Shown here one piece after another: positions 12,832 to 25,861 of a stretch of DNA of 39,294 bases. Source of the stretch: Phoronis australis (lineage: Eukaryota; Animalia; Phoronida); contig NMRA01001150.1 in NCBI GenBank assembly GCA_002633005.1, forward strand, positions 8,998 through 48,291. Direction: 5' to 3'. The position numbers and the translations under genes were made by a program. A model generated the notes under the pieces. That model did not search any database. It was given only the letters and a program-made list of their open reading frames with translations, and had not been told where the DNA came from. The number at the start of each line of letters is the position of its first letter. The first letter of the stretch is position 1.

Positions 12832-14974
12832 CTAATGATTGCAAAAAATCAAATCAAAACATTGAACACAGAAACCCTAATCACACAGGCATGAAATTTT
12901 CAGATTATTTTATACAAAATAAAAATTGCTGATGAAATATTCCACTTTTGCACGAGGGACTCTCAAATGTTTACAGGAATTATCAAAAGTTACATAAAAT
13001 AAATGGAAGTGATGATACTACTACTGCATGAGCTAGTTTTTTAGAATTCATGTTGTACATACATCAAATCAAATTCATCAGTTGTTGACTCTTTTGTTTT
13101 GCTATGAATGTAAGTTTATTTTTCACTTAATTGCTTGGTCAAGCAAGGTTCTCATTGAGCACTGTTCATGTCTCGCTGATTTTGAACGTATTCTCAAATT
13201 AATACTTTGTCAATTGGAGGTGATTCTGGGCTTCCAAAGCATTGAAAACTATGATCTACAAGTACAGTTGTCATGGCAAGTAAGTTCTAATGTGAAATCG
13301 GTACAGGATAATCTGAGATAAGTATTGATACCTGGTTAAATCATAAGTTCTCTTCTTGAGCCACCTTCACAACCACTTTAAACAATACTAGAATGGATGA
13401 CTCAACACTATTTTTTGTTCTTAGGCATTCAAATGCATCATATTATATTATAAACTACCAATTTACATTGATCATTAAACTACATCAACCTGTTGAATGT
13501 ATCAAAAATGAATTATCAAATTACCAAGCTTTTTATCTAAAAATTTCCACATGACACACTGTTCTTTGAGATTACTAAGAAGTACATACTAACTCTAAAT
13601 AGATCGATCCAAACCCCGCATGAAAATTGTCAATTTTATTTGGATTGGCCTAATCACAAAATTGGAAATGGGAAGCAGAGATTTGAAAAGAAAATATGTC
13701 GTTGACACAACAAAACGTTGACCATTTCAGGGCATGATGGGAAACCTGCACATGACCTACAGTGCTGATCAAAAATAGCTTCTGTTGAACAGCATTAAGG
13801 CTCACTCAGACCTAAGTGATCCTTAAGCCAATGAGGCCAGCCTTCCCTTGGACGCGCTCTGAACTCGGTTGGGTTGATACTCAACTTAGATTCGCATTAG
13901 CTAGACCTAGGATGGACAGTGGTTATTGAGGCATTTAAGTTTGCAAAAAATGTTACTATAAAAACAAATAGGCAATTTATCAATTTTAAATTAGTAAAAG
14001 AATTTTAGGCAAGCTTGGACAATTAGTATGTCGTCAAGAAGAAGTGTTTTGATTTCCCTACAAATTGGTTTTGAGTATGAAAAAAGCAAAGAATTGTTAC
14101 ATTTCTCAAAGCTTTTTCCAGGAACAAAAAAGTAATTACAAATGATTTGGCTATAATGAAAGAGAGTGACTCAGAAATGTTTAAAAACTGGAGTATTATG
14201 ACAATAGTCCTTTTGCGAGTTTACAATAATAACGCGAGATTACGTGAGACTTAACTGTGACGTCACGGGAAGTGGGGCAAAAGCTTGTCGTTTGGCTCAT
14301 TTGCCCAATACGTTAGCAGAGTGTCTGTTATTTTAATCCACTTTTTGGCCGTTTACTTCGAAAAATGCCAAACAAGCATTGCTGTTATGGCAAATGAAAT
14401 TCAGATTCGCACTACAATACGTTGTATCGCATTTTGTACTAATTTTGTTTCATGTATTTTAAACGGGCGATAGGCGAAATCCGCTCACTGATTAAGTTTT
14501 CACCACGTCAAAAATACATTCTACATCAAAAATTATCACCTAAAAAGGCGCTTACTTTCTCCAGTGGTCGTTTCTGCTTCTAAACATATCTTTGATGAAG
14601 CAGAGCTACGGTAATGCAGGTGACTTTGGCGAAGAATTCCAACTCCACATTGTGGTTACTGTTAACTTAAACCGCGTGCGCGATAAACACAAAGTAGTTC
14701 AACTGGTTAGGTGAGTATGAGGCAAAGGCTAACGCGAGACTGAGTGAAGCTGGAGACCTGGCGCGTGACACTTGCAAAATAACATGAGAACATATCAAGT
14801 GAATTTGTAAAATTTGTGTTCCTTGGACTTATTGTTCGTGATTTCACTTAACTTCCTCTAAATGGCGCCCTGTGAGAGAAACTTGAGCGAACCGCGAGGT
14901 TTTCTAAGGTTCAAGATATATGAGTCAGGGTATGTGTTAATTAATTATAACTCCATGTGCGCATATGCAAGTTT

Positions 14975-15024
14975 CATTTGATTTTATTTGCTGTATTTTG
15001 AAGTGAGTAACTTTTTATGGGGAT
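14975..15024 (+). repeat. 50-bp perfect direct repeat, left copy (candidate LINE target-site duplication)
   Basis: catttgattttatttgctgtattttgaagtgagtaactttttatggggat is identical to 16256-16305. Confidence 0.8.
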
Positions 15025-15034
15025 AAACTATCGC

Positions 15035-15754
15035 NNNNNNNNNNNNNNNNNNNNNNNNNNNNNNNNNNNNNNNNNNNNNNNNNNNNNNNNNNNNNNNNNN
15101 NNNNNNNNNNNNNNNNNNNNNNNNNNNNNNNNNNNNNNNNNNNNNNNNNNNNNNNNNNNNNNNNNNNNNNNNNNNNNNNNNNNNNNNNNNNNNNNNNNNN
15201 NNNNNNNNNNNNNNNNNNNNNNNNNNNNNNNNNNNNNNNNNNNNNNNNNNNNNNNNNNNNNNNNNNNNNNNNNNNNNNNNNNNNNNNNNNNNNNNNNNNN
15301 NNNNNNNNNNNNNNNNNNNNNNNNNNNNNNNNNNNNNNNNNNNNNNNNNNNNNNNNNNNNNNNNNNNNNNNNNNNNNNNNNNNNNNNNNNNNNNNNNNNN
15401 NNNNNNNNNNNNNNNNNNNNNNNNNNNNNNNNNNNNNNNNNNNNNNNNNNNNNNNNNNNNNNNNNNNNNNNNNNNNNNNNNNNNNNNNNNNNNNNNNNNN
15501 NNNNNNNNNNNNNNNNNNNNNNNNNNNNNNNNNNNNNNNNNNNNNNNNNNNNNNNNNNNNNNNNNNNNNNNNNNNNNNNNNNNNNNNNNNNNNNNNNNNN
15601 NNNNNNNNNNNNNNNNNNNNNNNNNNNNNNNNNNNNNNNNNNNNNNNNNNNNNNNNNNNNNNNNNNNNNNNNNNNNNNNNNNNNNNNNNNNNNNNNNNNN
15701 NNNNNNNNNNNNNNNNNNNNNNNNNNNNNNNNNNNNNNNNNNNNNNNNNNNNNN
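15035..15754. other. Assembly gap (720 N)
   Basis: Run of n. Confidence 1.
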
Positions 15755-16255
15755 GATCCACTGTTTCACTTTGTGAATGACAGAAAGTACATACATCAGA
15801 GTCCACCAGGTTAATTTTTCTAAGAAAAGAGTTGGTTACAAGTATTCTATGTAATAGTTTAAACTGCAGTGTACATAACTTGAAATCATAAGTAGTTTTA
15901 AAAGACATTGAATATAATTTTTTCCAGTCATCACTTCGAAAGTTATAACCTTCGTTTTGAAATTTTTTTTGGGCAATAGGCAAAATGTTGTTGTGGCAGA
16001 CACTTTCATATATCATTTTACATATTGATGTGCAGTTTAAAAAATTACGGATATTAAAAGGTATTATTGGTCCATATATCTTAATTAACTGCATTTGTAA
16101 TGGTGTTCTCCTCAGAAACGACCTAATAGACTCAATCAGAGAACAATATTCCAAAAAGTTTGTAGATATGTTCGAGATCTTTTTGAATTCAGTAAATGAG
16201 TAAAAACTGTTATTTTCATCAAGTAGGTCATTAATAAAAAGAACACCACCACTAG
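15755..16255 (-). mobile_element. 5'-truncated L1/Tx1-like non-LTR retrotransposon, ORF2 C-terminal zf-RVT region; 3' end lies in the gap
   Basis: Open frame GVLFINDLLDENNSFYSFTEF...NFLEYCSLIESI...DWKKLY...KLCTLQFKLLHRILVTNSFLRKINLVDSDVCTFCHSQSETV. Confidence 0.88.
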
Positions 16256-16305
16256 CATTTGATTTTATTTGCTGTATTTTGAAGTGAGTAACTTTTTATG
16301 GGGAT
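16256..16305 (+). repeat. 50-bp perfect direct repeat, right copy
   Basis: Identical to 14975-15024; abuts the truncated 5' end of the LINE. Confidence 0.8.
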
Positions 16306-19300
16306 TCAGGCCTAGACCGCGTTTAATTCCAATTTCAGTACATTCACAGCTTCGCACAACATAACAAGTTTACATTTTCTTCGTCCATGCACAGTTATTC
16401 CACGATTCATCTACCATCTTTTAAGTTGTGTTAACGTTTTAAGCGTAAAATTCACCATAAGAACTCCAGTAAAATTTAGCGTGTGTAGCAAAGACTTGGG
16501 GCCAAACAAGAGCAATGTGGTCGGTTTTGCCCCTTTTCCAGTGACTTCACATTGACTAACGAGAAACTCGCAAGTGAGCTATTTAACAAGGCAGTCTGTA
16601 ACCTTGCATTACATTGGCCCATTGATATCTTTGTTTTGCTTACATGAACGCAGGGTTTCACAAACTTTGCTTCGTGCTCCCTGTCAAGTTCGGAAATTGG
16701 ACCTTCGCGTCTCGCACGACCTTTAATAGATTTTTCTTGAGACACATGAAATTTTCAAAAGTCATGATTGCTTGAGATGTGACGTAAATAAAAAGACGAA
16801 ATAATCACGAACAATGAAAATCTGTGAGGCGTTTCACTGCAAACTCAAAGTTAATTAAAGATTGGGAACTGGCAGTCCGGGAACATAAGCGTATGCTGCC
16901 AATTTCGCAATTTTGTCAAAAGAAAGTCAAGGCAAATAAAAGAAGTGAAAATTCTGTAAAAAATTGCTGGTCAAAAAAGCAGGCCAGCAAGCTTGTTCTA
17001 AATATACATCACTTTCTCAAATCACTGCCCTGTTCGGTAGAATCGAGAATTGTGGGCTTTGTTAGAAGTCATTGGCATTAATTAATGATAAAAACGTGAA
17101 AATCAAATGCTGAAGAGTTAGAATACGGATGTCAAAGTTAATAAAAGTAAGTTCTTAGACCAGGTTTAAAAACCAATCACCTCTAAAAATGTGTCTTGAA
17201 GATCATTCTCTTCTCAGTTAAAAGTAGACAGACTTGGAAGGGTGCAAATTGAGTGAGGAATGAACTGTTCCACAGAGCTGATGAAGGCACAATGGCTATT
17301 AGCTTTCACATTGGAGGCTGGGTCTCTGAGTCATGTCTATTTTCATGGGAATGCAACTGTCCAACTTCCCCAAGAAAATTAACTGCTAGGTCCACTATTG
17401 AAATGTCCTTGGTGTCAGTGTTGCAAGTTATTCTGTTATGAATGTTCATTGTCCACATTAATCCTTTAGTGCCCCACCCAACCTAGACCATTGTATAGGG
17501 CCCTTTCACTACTATGCTCATTTACTTGCTATAGTGTGTACCTGAGGGTCATTTGATCAATATAGCTTTTGTTGGTGTTGACAAGATCCATGGCTTGGTT
17601 TCTTCAATGAAACTTGATGACCTTGTCTGCTATACAATGTATGTACTGGTCGACCCAGTTTTGACCCAACAAGACACTCAGTTGGCTATGAACTGATTTC
17701 TGTCACTGTAAGCTGTGCAGAAGGAGGAGAGCTTACGATCGGACTACATCTTTATAGCATTTGATCACGGTTCTCTCAAACTCTACATGCGCACCTTCCT
17801 ATTTCTTTTAGAGTTGCAATGTTTTTAAAACAGAAAACATCATAATACTGGAAATAAAATTTGCGAGTTGAGTATATCTCATGTATCTTATGCTTATAGT
17901 GGATAGTCACAGGTACAAGAGAAAAAAAATTACAGGTACGCCTCACAGATAATTTAATTTTTCTACTCAATCACCTCTGTATTTAAGTGTTATAAGGTGG
18001 CAGTCATTGCCAACATTGAAATTTATACGCAAGCTGTGACGGTGTGTTGCAAAAAAATGCTGAAAGTCTGTACTTTGTCCAAAATACAATTGGTGATATG
18101 TGCTAAGGAAGACAGTTATTTCATTAAATATTGCATTCTGTGCCTCCCACACACTATACCCAATCACACACTGTTCTCATGTATCCAATGTTTTAAAAGT
18201 TTATTTGTGAAATTGCAATCAGGCCCAGAATCAGGAACAGCAAGCGACAACGTCGGTGATACTCACTGCATCTCACACTAAACGTCACAATTTAGTAAGA
18301 CATTCACATATCTCAGATGAACATCTATTGTCCCAGCTGAAATCTGGTCATGACATTTCGTTTGCGTACAGTGCCATTGTACATGTATTTCCACTAGAAG
18401 CTTTCGGCACGCACAAAAGCCAAGACATCACTGCGGGTTAATCACGCCAGAGAAGTGACTTAAGTCTGAGGCTAGTCTCGGTCTAGCCATGCATTGGAAC
18501 CCCCATCCAGACAGTCTAGCCGCGTTCGACAGGAAGGGATTTTGATCAGCACAGCATAGTATGTATTTTATTGTTCTAATGGTCGAGCTATGATTTATGT
18601 AAATTAAGCCTTCTGATGAAAGTGTTAGCTGATCAAATAAATTATTGAACCAAAACTCAGTGTCATGAATTATACAAACACGGTGGGGCATAAGAAGCAC
18701 CATAACAACAATTACAATGAACTGCGTCTTTGTGCATCAGGGTCCTGCTTACAAACTCCACCTTGCCACCGTTTCTCAGTTCTATGTGTTTAAATGGATG
18801 CTTGACACGGATCACATTGCAATGGGTCATGGTGTCACATTTTAATGTCTAAATGGGACTAAGCCTATCTTGAACAATAGTACCAGACCTGTGAATTTGA
18901 TTCCTACACAATATGTATCGCACTGTACCCACTTGTGCCATATGCCAAATATAATGAACTGTTAGGCCTATTGGCTTGCTTTTGTCTGCGTCACAGCGAA
19001 AATCGACTGTTAATTAAAAGAGCTGCAAATCCGCAAACCTGCTTGCAATGGTGCCCTATTCAGACCCCTATACAATACCATTGCTATCGGCCTTTTGCTA
19101 TTTGTGGTGGGATCTCGCGGTGACGCAACATGGCATGAGCATGAACTTGCTTTTTTCTTATTTTACGAAGGCTTTGCTAAGACTTATTTGGTTGGCCCAA
19201 TACATCTAAAATAACAAAATTCCGTTGAAGTTAGGTTTTAAGTTGTCACAAGTGGGGCAATTAGTTAATGCACTTGAGATGGCCCTTAAACATAGCGACA

Positions 19301-19496
19301 ACTCCTAGTTTCCAGGGTTACTCATTGTGGAACAACACTGGGATCGCCTTTTAATTTTAATTTCCATTTGTGAGAACAGATATTTTCATCTCGAATTTTC
19401 GTCTTTAGCAAATATCAATATAGCACCATGACTGACAAAAAGGATGTATTAGTAGTCCATCAGATAGCTATTGGATATAAAATATACTATACTCAC

Positions 19497-19544
19497 ATGT
19501 ATCTTCGCTTGATGATGTGACATCTTCCAGAATCAGCAAATCAT
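19497..19544 (-). CDS. Candidate 48-nt micro-exon (DDLLILEDVTSSSEDT)
   Basis: ctttgtgttgtag acceptor, GTGAGT donor, phase 1/1. Confidence 0.4.
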
Positions 19545-20586
19545 CTACAACACAAAGGTGAATGATCACAGAAAATCCAATTTTGAACGCTCAGTCAACT
19601 GTTTTCAAAAACTTTTGTTAGGAATAAAATCTACCTCACCATGTCGGTATAACCATGGGTATACAGCTATCAGCATTTTCACAGAAAGTGCCCTTTTTTA
19701 GAAATATCACACTGTTGTCATTGAACACTGAATTGGATGTCTGTGAGGCTTCATAAAGCAGTTTTGTCCTGTGAACAATAGGCTTGAACTTAATAGTAAG
19801 TATACAACATGCATCTTCCCACACTTGCCCCTATAGTCATGATGTTTGGTGTCTTTTTTGCTTAGCAGCAGGGCATCCTTGCAGACATCACTGTGAACAC
19901 TTTTTACATAAATATACACCAAATCTCAGCATCATAGTTTAAAGGTGGTAGAATCCTACATCAAACAAGTTAGAAAGGACTGCAATTTGATGAATTCAGC
20001 CAATCTAATCATGACAAACTTGACGTTTAATGATTCGAGTTTCGGTGACCAAGAAAATTATTTCCAATTATTATATACACAAATGAAGTAATTAAGCAAA
20101 ATTCTTTTCTGTTAAGCATGAAAGTTAAACTTTTCTTCTGCTTTTGTACAAGAGCATTTAATTCAAAAAAATTGGCATTACACTGAAATGTTGTTATAGG
20201 ATTTTCTAACAAACCAAATTTGCATAATTTCAATTTCCAGTACATGGATGGTTTTTGAGACACATGCATGCACAGATTATTTAAAAAAAAACTTGGAACT
20301 CCTAGATATGTCAACACCTTCAATGTTGTTACACGCAAAATTCAAAAGTGGTATTTGTTCAGTTCCATTTGTAACGTCTTATGTTTTCTACATATAGTCC
20401 TTTCATACTGACTTTAAACTGCAGTCTGAGAAGAGCGTCCACATAATAAAGTTAACAGAACTATTCATTCTGACATTGGACACCGAAGTTAATGGTAGAT
20501 GACGCTGTTTTCATCGAAGTAATTGCAAGGTAGCGTTGGCACACTGAGATTTTTTAATGTGACAATTTGTGAACATTTACATGTGC

Positions 20587-23174
20587 TAATTGGCATAAAA
20601 CTTATTTCTAGTTCCAATTTGTGATTATTCAAGCAAAATTAATTTTAGAAACTTGTTATCGATGGCACTAGCTGCCCTTTAATTGTTGGCAATAACAGTG
20701 GTCATATCAGTGGATATATTGGCCATTTCATAGTATACAACAATCTGTGGCATGCTTCCCTTGATATAAACCAGAAAAGTGATTAAAACAGAAACAGTGA
20801 AAACTTACCTTCGCCACTGTGAACTCCTTCACTAGTACTGCAGGATGCCATAGTATGGAAAGCTATGAGCTCTTAGGCTTTGCAAACTAGCTTAAAAGAA
20901 GGACAGAACAATGGAACAGCATGACAAAAACACTCCCACAGAACAGCTTAACTACAGTTATGTTGCACTGAGTCAGACAGTCTTATGTCAGTGTCTCCAC
21001 CTCATTCTTGTACACAGAAATCCTTTTGCTTCATGCAGTTAGTTGTTTTCATTTGTTTGTACCTGAAGTCAGTACATAAAGCAGGTATTCACACTTGCTG
21101 GGCAAGGTAATGACTAGCTCTCAACAACTGGAAACAGTTAATCCTAAGAAGGTCAACTGCCATATCTTTGTGTGCTTAAATTTATCACTGAGATTTGGGA
21201 GCTTTGCTAAATATTATATAACTCCATATTGTCCAATTCTGCATTGTCCTGTTACTAAAAGTAGCAACCTCACCATATAATAACTATTATTTATTTAATA
21301 CACAAAGTTACAAAATTAGAAGATTAGTGATTTTAAGTTAAGATTTAGTAGCATTTTTTATTTCAGTGTAAACAAAAGAGGCATCAAAGTAAAACCATGT
21401 TGTGAACATATCCACTACCACAAGAAACTATAGGAACACTGCATTTATCCACCTTCAATCTTATCAGGCTTCTATTGTGAGTCAGCGTGTGTGAATAATT
21501 GGCTGAATTATTCTTGGCTGAATGGATGACTAGGCCTTAAAATGATAGTTAACCAAGACCAGTTAAATAATGCTGCATGAAATAGTTAATACCTTCATGG
21601 CAATTTTGAAAGAGTGGGCATCTTCTGCTAGTTTTTCACTGAAAATATTTTTAAAAACTTGGTTTACTGACCTTTGATTTTCTGGATTATGCAAACATGA
21701 ATTAAAAAATTCAAATTTGCAACGTTTCCATTTTAGCCATCATTTTGCTACGGAAACAAGAAAAAATTGGTAACAATCATTCCATGCAACAAAGAATATG
21801 TCATAGGATCACCTAGCCTTGCTGGAAAGCTGTATACCGGACACTTCGCAAAATTCATTTCACGGGAAGTGGACGCTTATTGTANTAATTGGCATAAAAC
21901 TTATTTCTAGTTCCAATTTGTGATTATTCAAGCAAAATTAATTTTAGAAACTTGTTATCGACTAGCTGCCCTTTAATTGTTGGCAATAACAGTGGTCATA
22001 TCAGTGGATATATTGGCCATTTCATAGTATACAACAATCTGTGGCATGCTTCCCTTGATATAAACCAGGAAAAGTGATTAAAACAGAAACAGTGAAAACT
22101 TACCTTCGCCACTGTGAACTCCTTCAATAGTACTGCAGGATGCCATAGTATGGATAGCTATGAGCTCTTAGGCTTTGCAAACTAGCTTAAAAGAAGGACA
22201 GAACAATGAAACAGCATGACAAAAACACTCCCACAGAACAGCTTAACTACAGTTATGTTGCACTGAGTCAGGCAGTCTTATGTCAGTGTCTCCACCTCAT
22301 TCTTGTACACAGAAATCCTTTTGCTTCATGCAGTTAAGTTGTTTTCATTTGTTTGTACCTGAAGTCAGTACATAAAGCAGGTATTCACACTTGCTGGGCA
22401 AGGTAATGACTAGCTCTCAACAACTGGAAACAGTTAATCCTAAGAAGGTCAACTGCCGTATCTTTGTGTGCTTATCACTGAGATTTGGGAGCTTTGCTAA
22501 ATATTATATAACTCCATATTGTCCAATTCTGCATTGTCCTGTTACTAAAAGTAGCAACCTCACCATATAATAACTATTATTTATTTAATACACAAAGTTA
22601 TAAAATTAGAAGATTAGTGATTTTAAGTTAAGATTTAGTAGCATTTTTTATTTCAGTGTAAACAAAAGGGGCATCAAAGTAAAACCATGTTGTAAACATA
22701 TCCACTACCACAAGAAACTATAGGAACACTGCATTTATCCACCTTCAATCTTATCAGGCTTCTATTGTGAGTCAGCATGTGTGAATAATTGGCTGAATTA
22801 TTCTTGGCTGAATGGATGACTAGGCCTTAAAATGATAGTTAACCAAGACCAGTTAAATAATGCTGCAGGGAATAGTTAATACCTTCATGGCAATTTTGAA
22901 AGAGTGGGCATCTTCTGCTAGTTTTTCACTGAAAATATTTTAAAAAACTTGGTTTACTGACCTCTGATTTTCTGGATTATGCAAACATGAATTAAAAAAT
23001 TCAAATTTGCAACGTTTCCATTTTAGCCATCATTTTGCTACGGAAACAAGAAAAAATTGGTAACAATCATTCCATGCAACAAAGAATATGTCATAGAATC
23101 ACCTAGCCTTGCTGGAAAGCTGTATACCGGACACTTCGCAAAATTCATTTCACGGGAAGTGGACGCTTATTGTA
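20587..23174 (+). repeat. Tandem near-identical duplication 20587-21884 / 21886-23174 across a single N (probable uncollapsed allelic overlap)
   Basis: The copies meet at N 21885 and differ by scattered SNPs and small indels. Confidence 0.9.
20809..20851 (-). CDS. Candidate first coding exon (MASCSTSEGVHSGE) of the minus-strand gene; duplicate at 22104-22146
   Basis: ACTATGG start context, AG|GTAAGT donor, phase 1 matching downstream phase-1 exons. Confidence 0.45.
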
Positions 23175-24427
23175 GCCTAAGGCAGTTGAAACCCGATTTC
23201 CGAAATGGGTAAAATCAGAAGCTAGGATTTATCAAATTTACGCTGTGACGTAATTGTAGCCTATGACAGTCTTTCTACAAAATTGTGGTGCATTGCTATC
23301 AAAATCCATTGTTAAATTACAATCGTTTTTCAAAAAATTGTGCTGAAATCCCAGGGCGAAAACTTGCCGACTGATACTTCGCTGAATCGCGATTGTTGAT
23401 AGGAAAACTTGAATTCTTGAATAAAAATACAGTTTCGACTCAACAAATTACCTAAAATTCTCCTGACGTTTTACAATTTTTTAAGTTTATGTGGAGTCCA
23501 GATTAACTACGATTAAGTCCAAATCTGCGCTACATCGTACCCCACAACACGAGAATAATCTCTGGATGAACACACGTTGTTGTCACGAGACGCTTGTTTT
23601 GAAGTTCTGCATATGATAGTGAGTGAGCGAGTGCGTGTGGGTCATCGAAAATTACGTTTATTACATTGTTTTTCACTTAAACGGCTGCAACGTGCAAGGT
23701 GAGTGCCGGTTAACTCACAGATTTTGTGTACACAGGCCGATCCAGTCGTTAGCTCTACCGTGGAGTAAAACATTAATAGTCCTAGGCTCAATCTACATGT
23801 TAGGGATGAGGTGACGAGGTGAACTACCCGGGCTGTGTAAAATTTCTGGGTCTAACGAATACACTGACGCAGTGGTACCTATAGTCAGCCAGCTCACTGT
23901 ATCAACACTTTCGTCAAAATCCAAATTTGTTTTATCGTGTCCCTGTCAATAATAACGGCATGCTAAAGTTTCTTAATGTTGGTACTTCAGAAACATAACC
24001 ATCCTGTATTTTGTATACATACACGCATGCCGCAGATCACATCTCGGGAAATTTCCGATTTGACGGATGACAAAATAATGAGCACAATGAAATTAAACAA
24101 TGTCGTTTTACAGGTTGTAAGAGCTATAATAAACGTATTTGAATCTTGCAATGCACGTGTTCCAAAATCTAAATAACTTGGGTCCTATATTTTTGTATTC
24201 TGGGCCGATTTGAAAAAATCAAAGTTGTACCATTTTTTTCTCTCTTTTCAAATATTACACTCAAAAGTACGTAAAACGCTCTTCATAAAAAGTACGCTCA
24301 TCTAGGCTAGATTGTAATCAGCTGATTGTATCCCCACCTGACTCAATGAATAGAGCAGCTAGGCCAATCCCTTTGACCATGAACTTAGTGCATCACAGCC
24401 AAGGTGGATAAATAGGGTCTAGTTCAA

Positions 24428-24476
24428 TCGGCCACACCCCCACAGTTTTCCCTGATTAGTGAGGTTGTGACGTCAT
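24428..24476. promoter_or_regulatory. Candidate promoter elements (GCCACACCCC box, CRE palindrome TGACGTCA at 24468-24475) between the divergent genes
   Basis: Motif match and position only. Confidence 0.25.
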
Positions 24477-25861
24477 CTCATTCAGTGGGAATGTTCATGG
24501 CATGACAGCAAATAATCAACAAAATAACTTTTTAAGTATGAAGCCAAAACCTTAAAAATCCAGATACACAAGCCCAAGATGACATAAACAAATCATATGA
24601 CCAAACTCTAGCCCATGGCAGGAATGACATTGGTGAGGCTCTGCTATGCATGCATGGCACTTGTTTCCATTCCTTTGTTCTGCAGGTATTGCTCATGAAA
24701 TTGTTAAGGAATTTACGGTTTCTAAAAATTTTCATAACTCCACATCTTTGTCTATGCCAGAACGCAATGGTGAAATGATCAGTGCCACACATAAAAATTG
24801 TCTCAGAAGCATCTTTTGTTGAGCGGGAGATTTTACGCCCAAAAGTGCTTGACGGAATTTTTTAAGTTGAAAGCCCTGTCGCAGGTGTTTGTCTTTTTAG
24901 TCGAAATGGAAAATAATGCAAAACCACATGAGAAATTACAGAAGTATATGACAATATGGCACTGTCATTGTGTGTTAAATATCGAGACATTTTGACGGTG
25001 TGGCAAGTTGACAAGAAAAAATTCACTAAGTAGGATATGTTGCCAAGAGCTGGACAACTGTACAATGTATGTTGTCAGCAACTACTAAGTATGGGGTTGG
25101 TAAACTTTTCATTTTTTAAAAATTTTATTACATAACTATTGTTAAATTCTATAGACAACATTCACTGTATTCAATATAAACTGCATGGTAATTACTTGAA
25201 ATACAAGACAAATGTAACATGACAAGCTTCACTTCGTTTTTAAAGTTATGTGTACCCTAATCATAAACTTGAACAGGCTATTTTTTTAAATAACAAGTAA
25301 ATAGCAACTATCAACTCATTCACAAATAATCTATTGAATGTCATTCACACCATTCTGATCATGTGACAAGGGACATTTGGTAAACATTTCAATAATTGTA
25401 GCTCATTTGATAGTGGAAAAGTCCTTCACTAGCACTCCCCAAAATTTTGGAATTAATACACCTTCTTCTGCTTGGGTCCCCATCCTTATGGGATTAAACC
25501 ATTGCTGAGCCAATAGTTATACATGAATAATGAAAAGCCAGCTGTTGACAACAATGGCAAAAATTCCAGAGTTTGGCTTCATTGTTTATAGTGAGCCAGC
25601 ACCCCACAGGCAGTATTAATCCTCTGTCAATGGATAGTTGACCAGACAATCCCTAACAGTTAACTGCAGACAAGCAATAAAGATCAATGGTAACAACCTG
25701 TGGTGTTCACACAAGGACTGTCCTGGTATTAGGGATCTCATAATTAGAGTACAATACAAGCAAATACCTTTAATATCTCAATCATAATTCTCTGCCTCCA
25801 AAAAGCAGAAACTTAGCAAGGCCAGCATCAGTTCAGAGAAAAACATAGAACAGAACAGACA

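Noticed and set aside
14984-15814. Long ORFs of 265-379 aa in the track
   Set aside because: They read through the N gap; only the LINE part at 15755-16255 is real
16476-17441. Short ORFs 16476..16745, 16824..17081 and 17253..17441
   Set aside because: No recognisable motifs or consistent splice context
19640-19922. Extra minus-strand exon candidates
   Set aside because: Splice phases do not fit the phase-1 chain without a stop or frameshift
24330-24430. tRNA-derived SINE or tRNA gene
   Set aside because: Only a vague A-box resemblance; no B-box or cloverleaf
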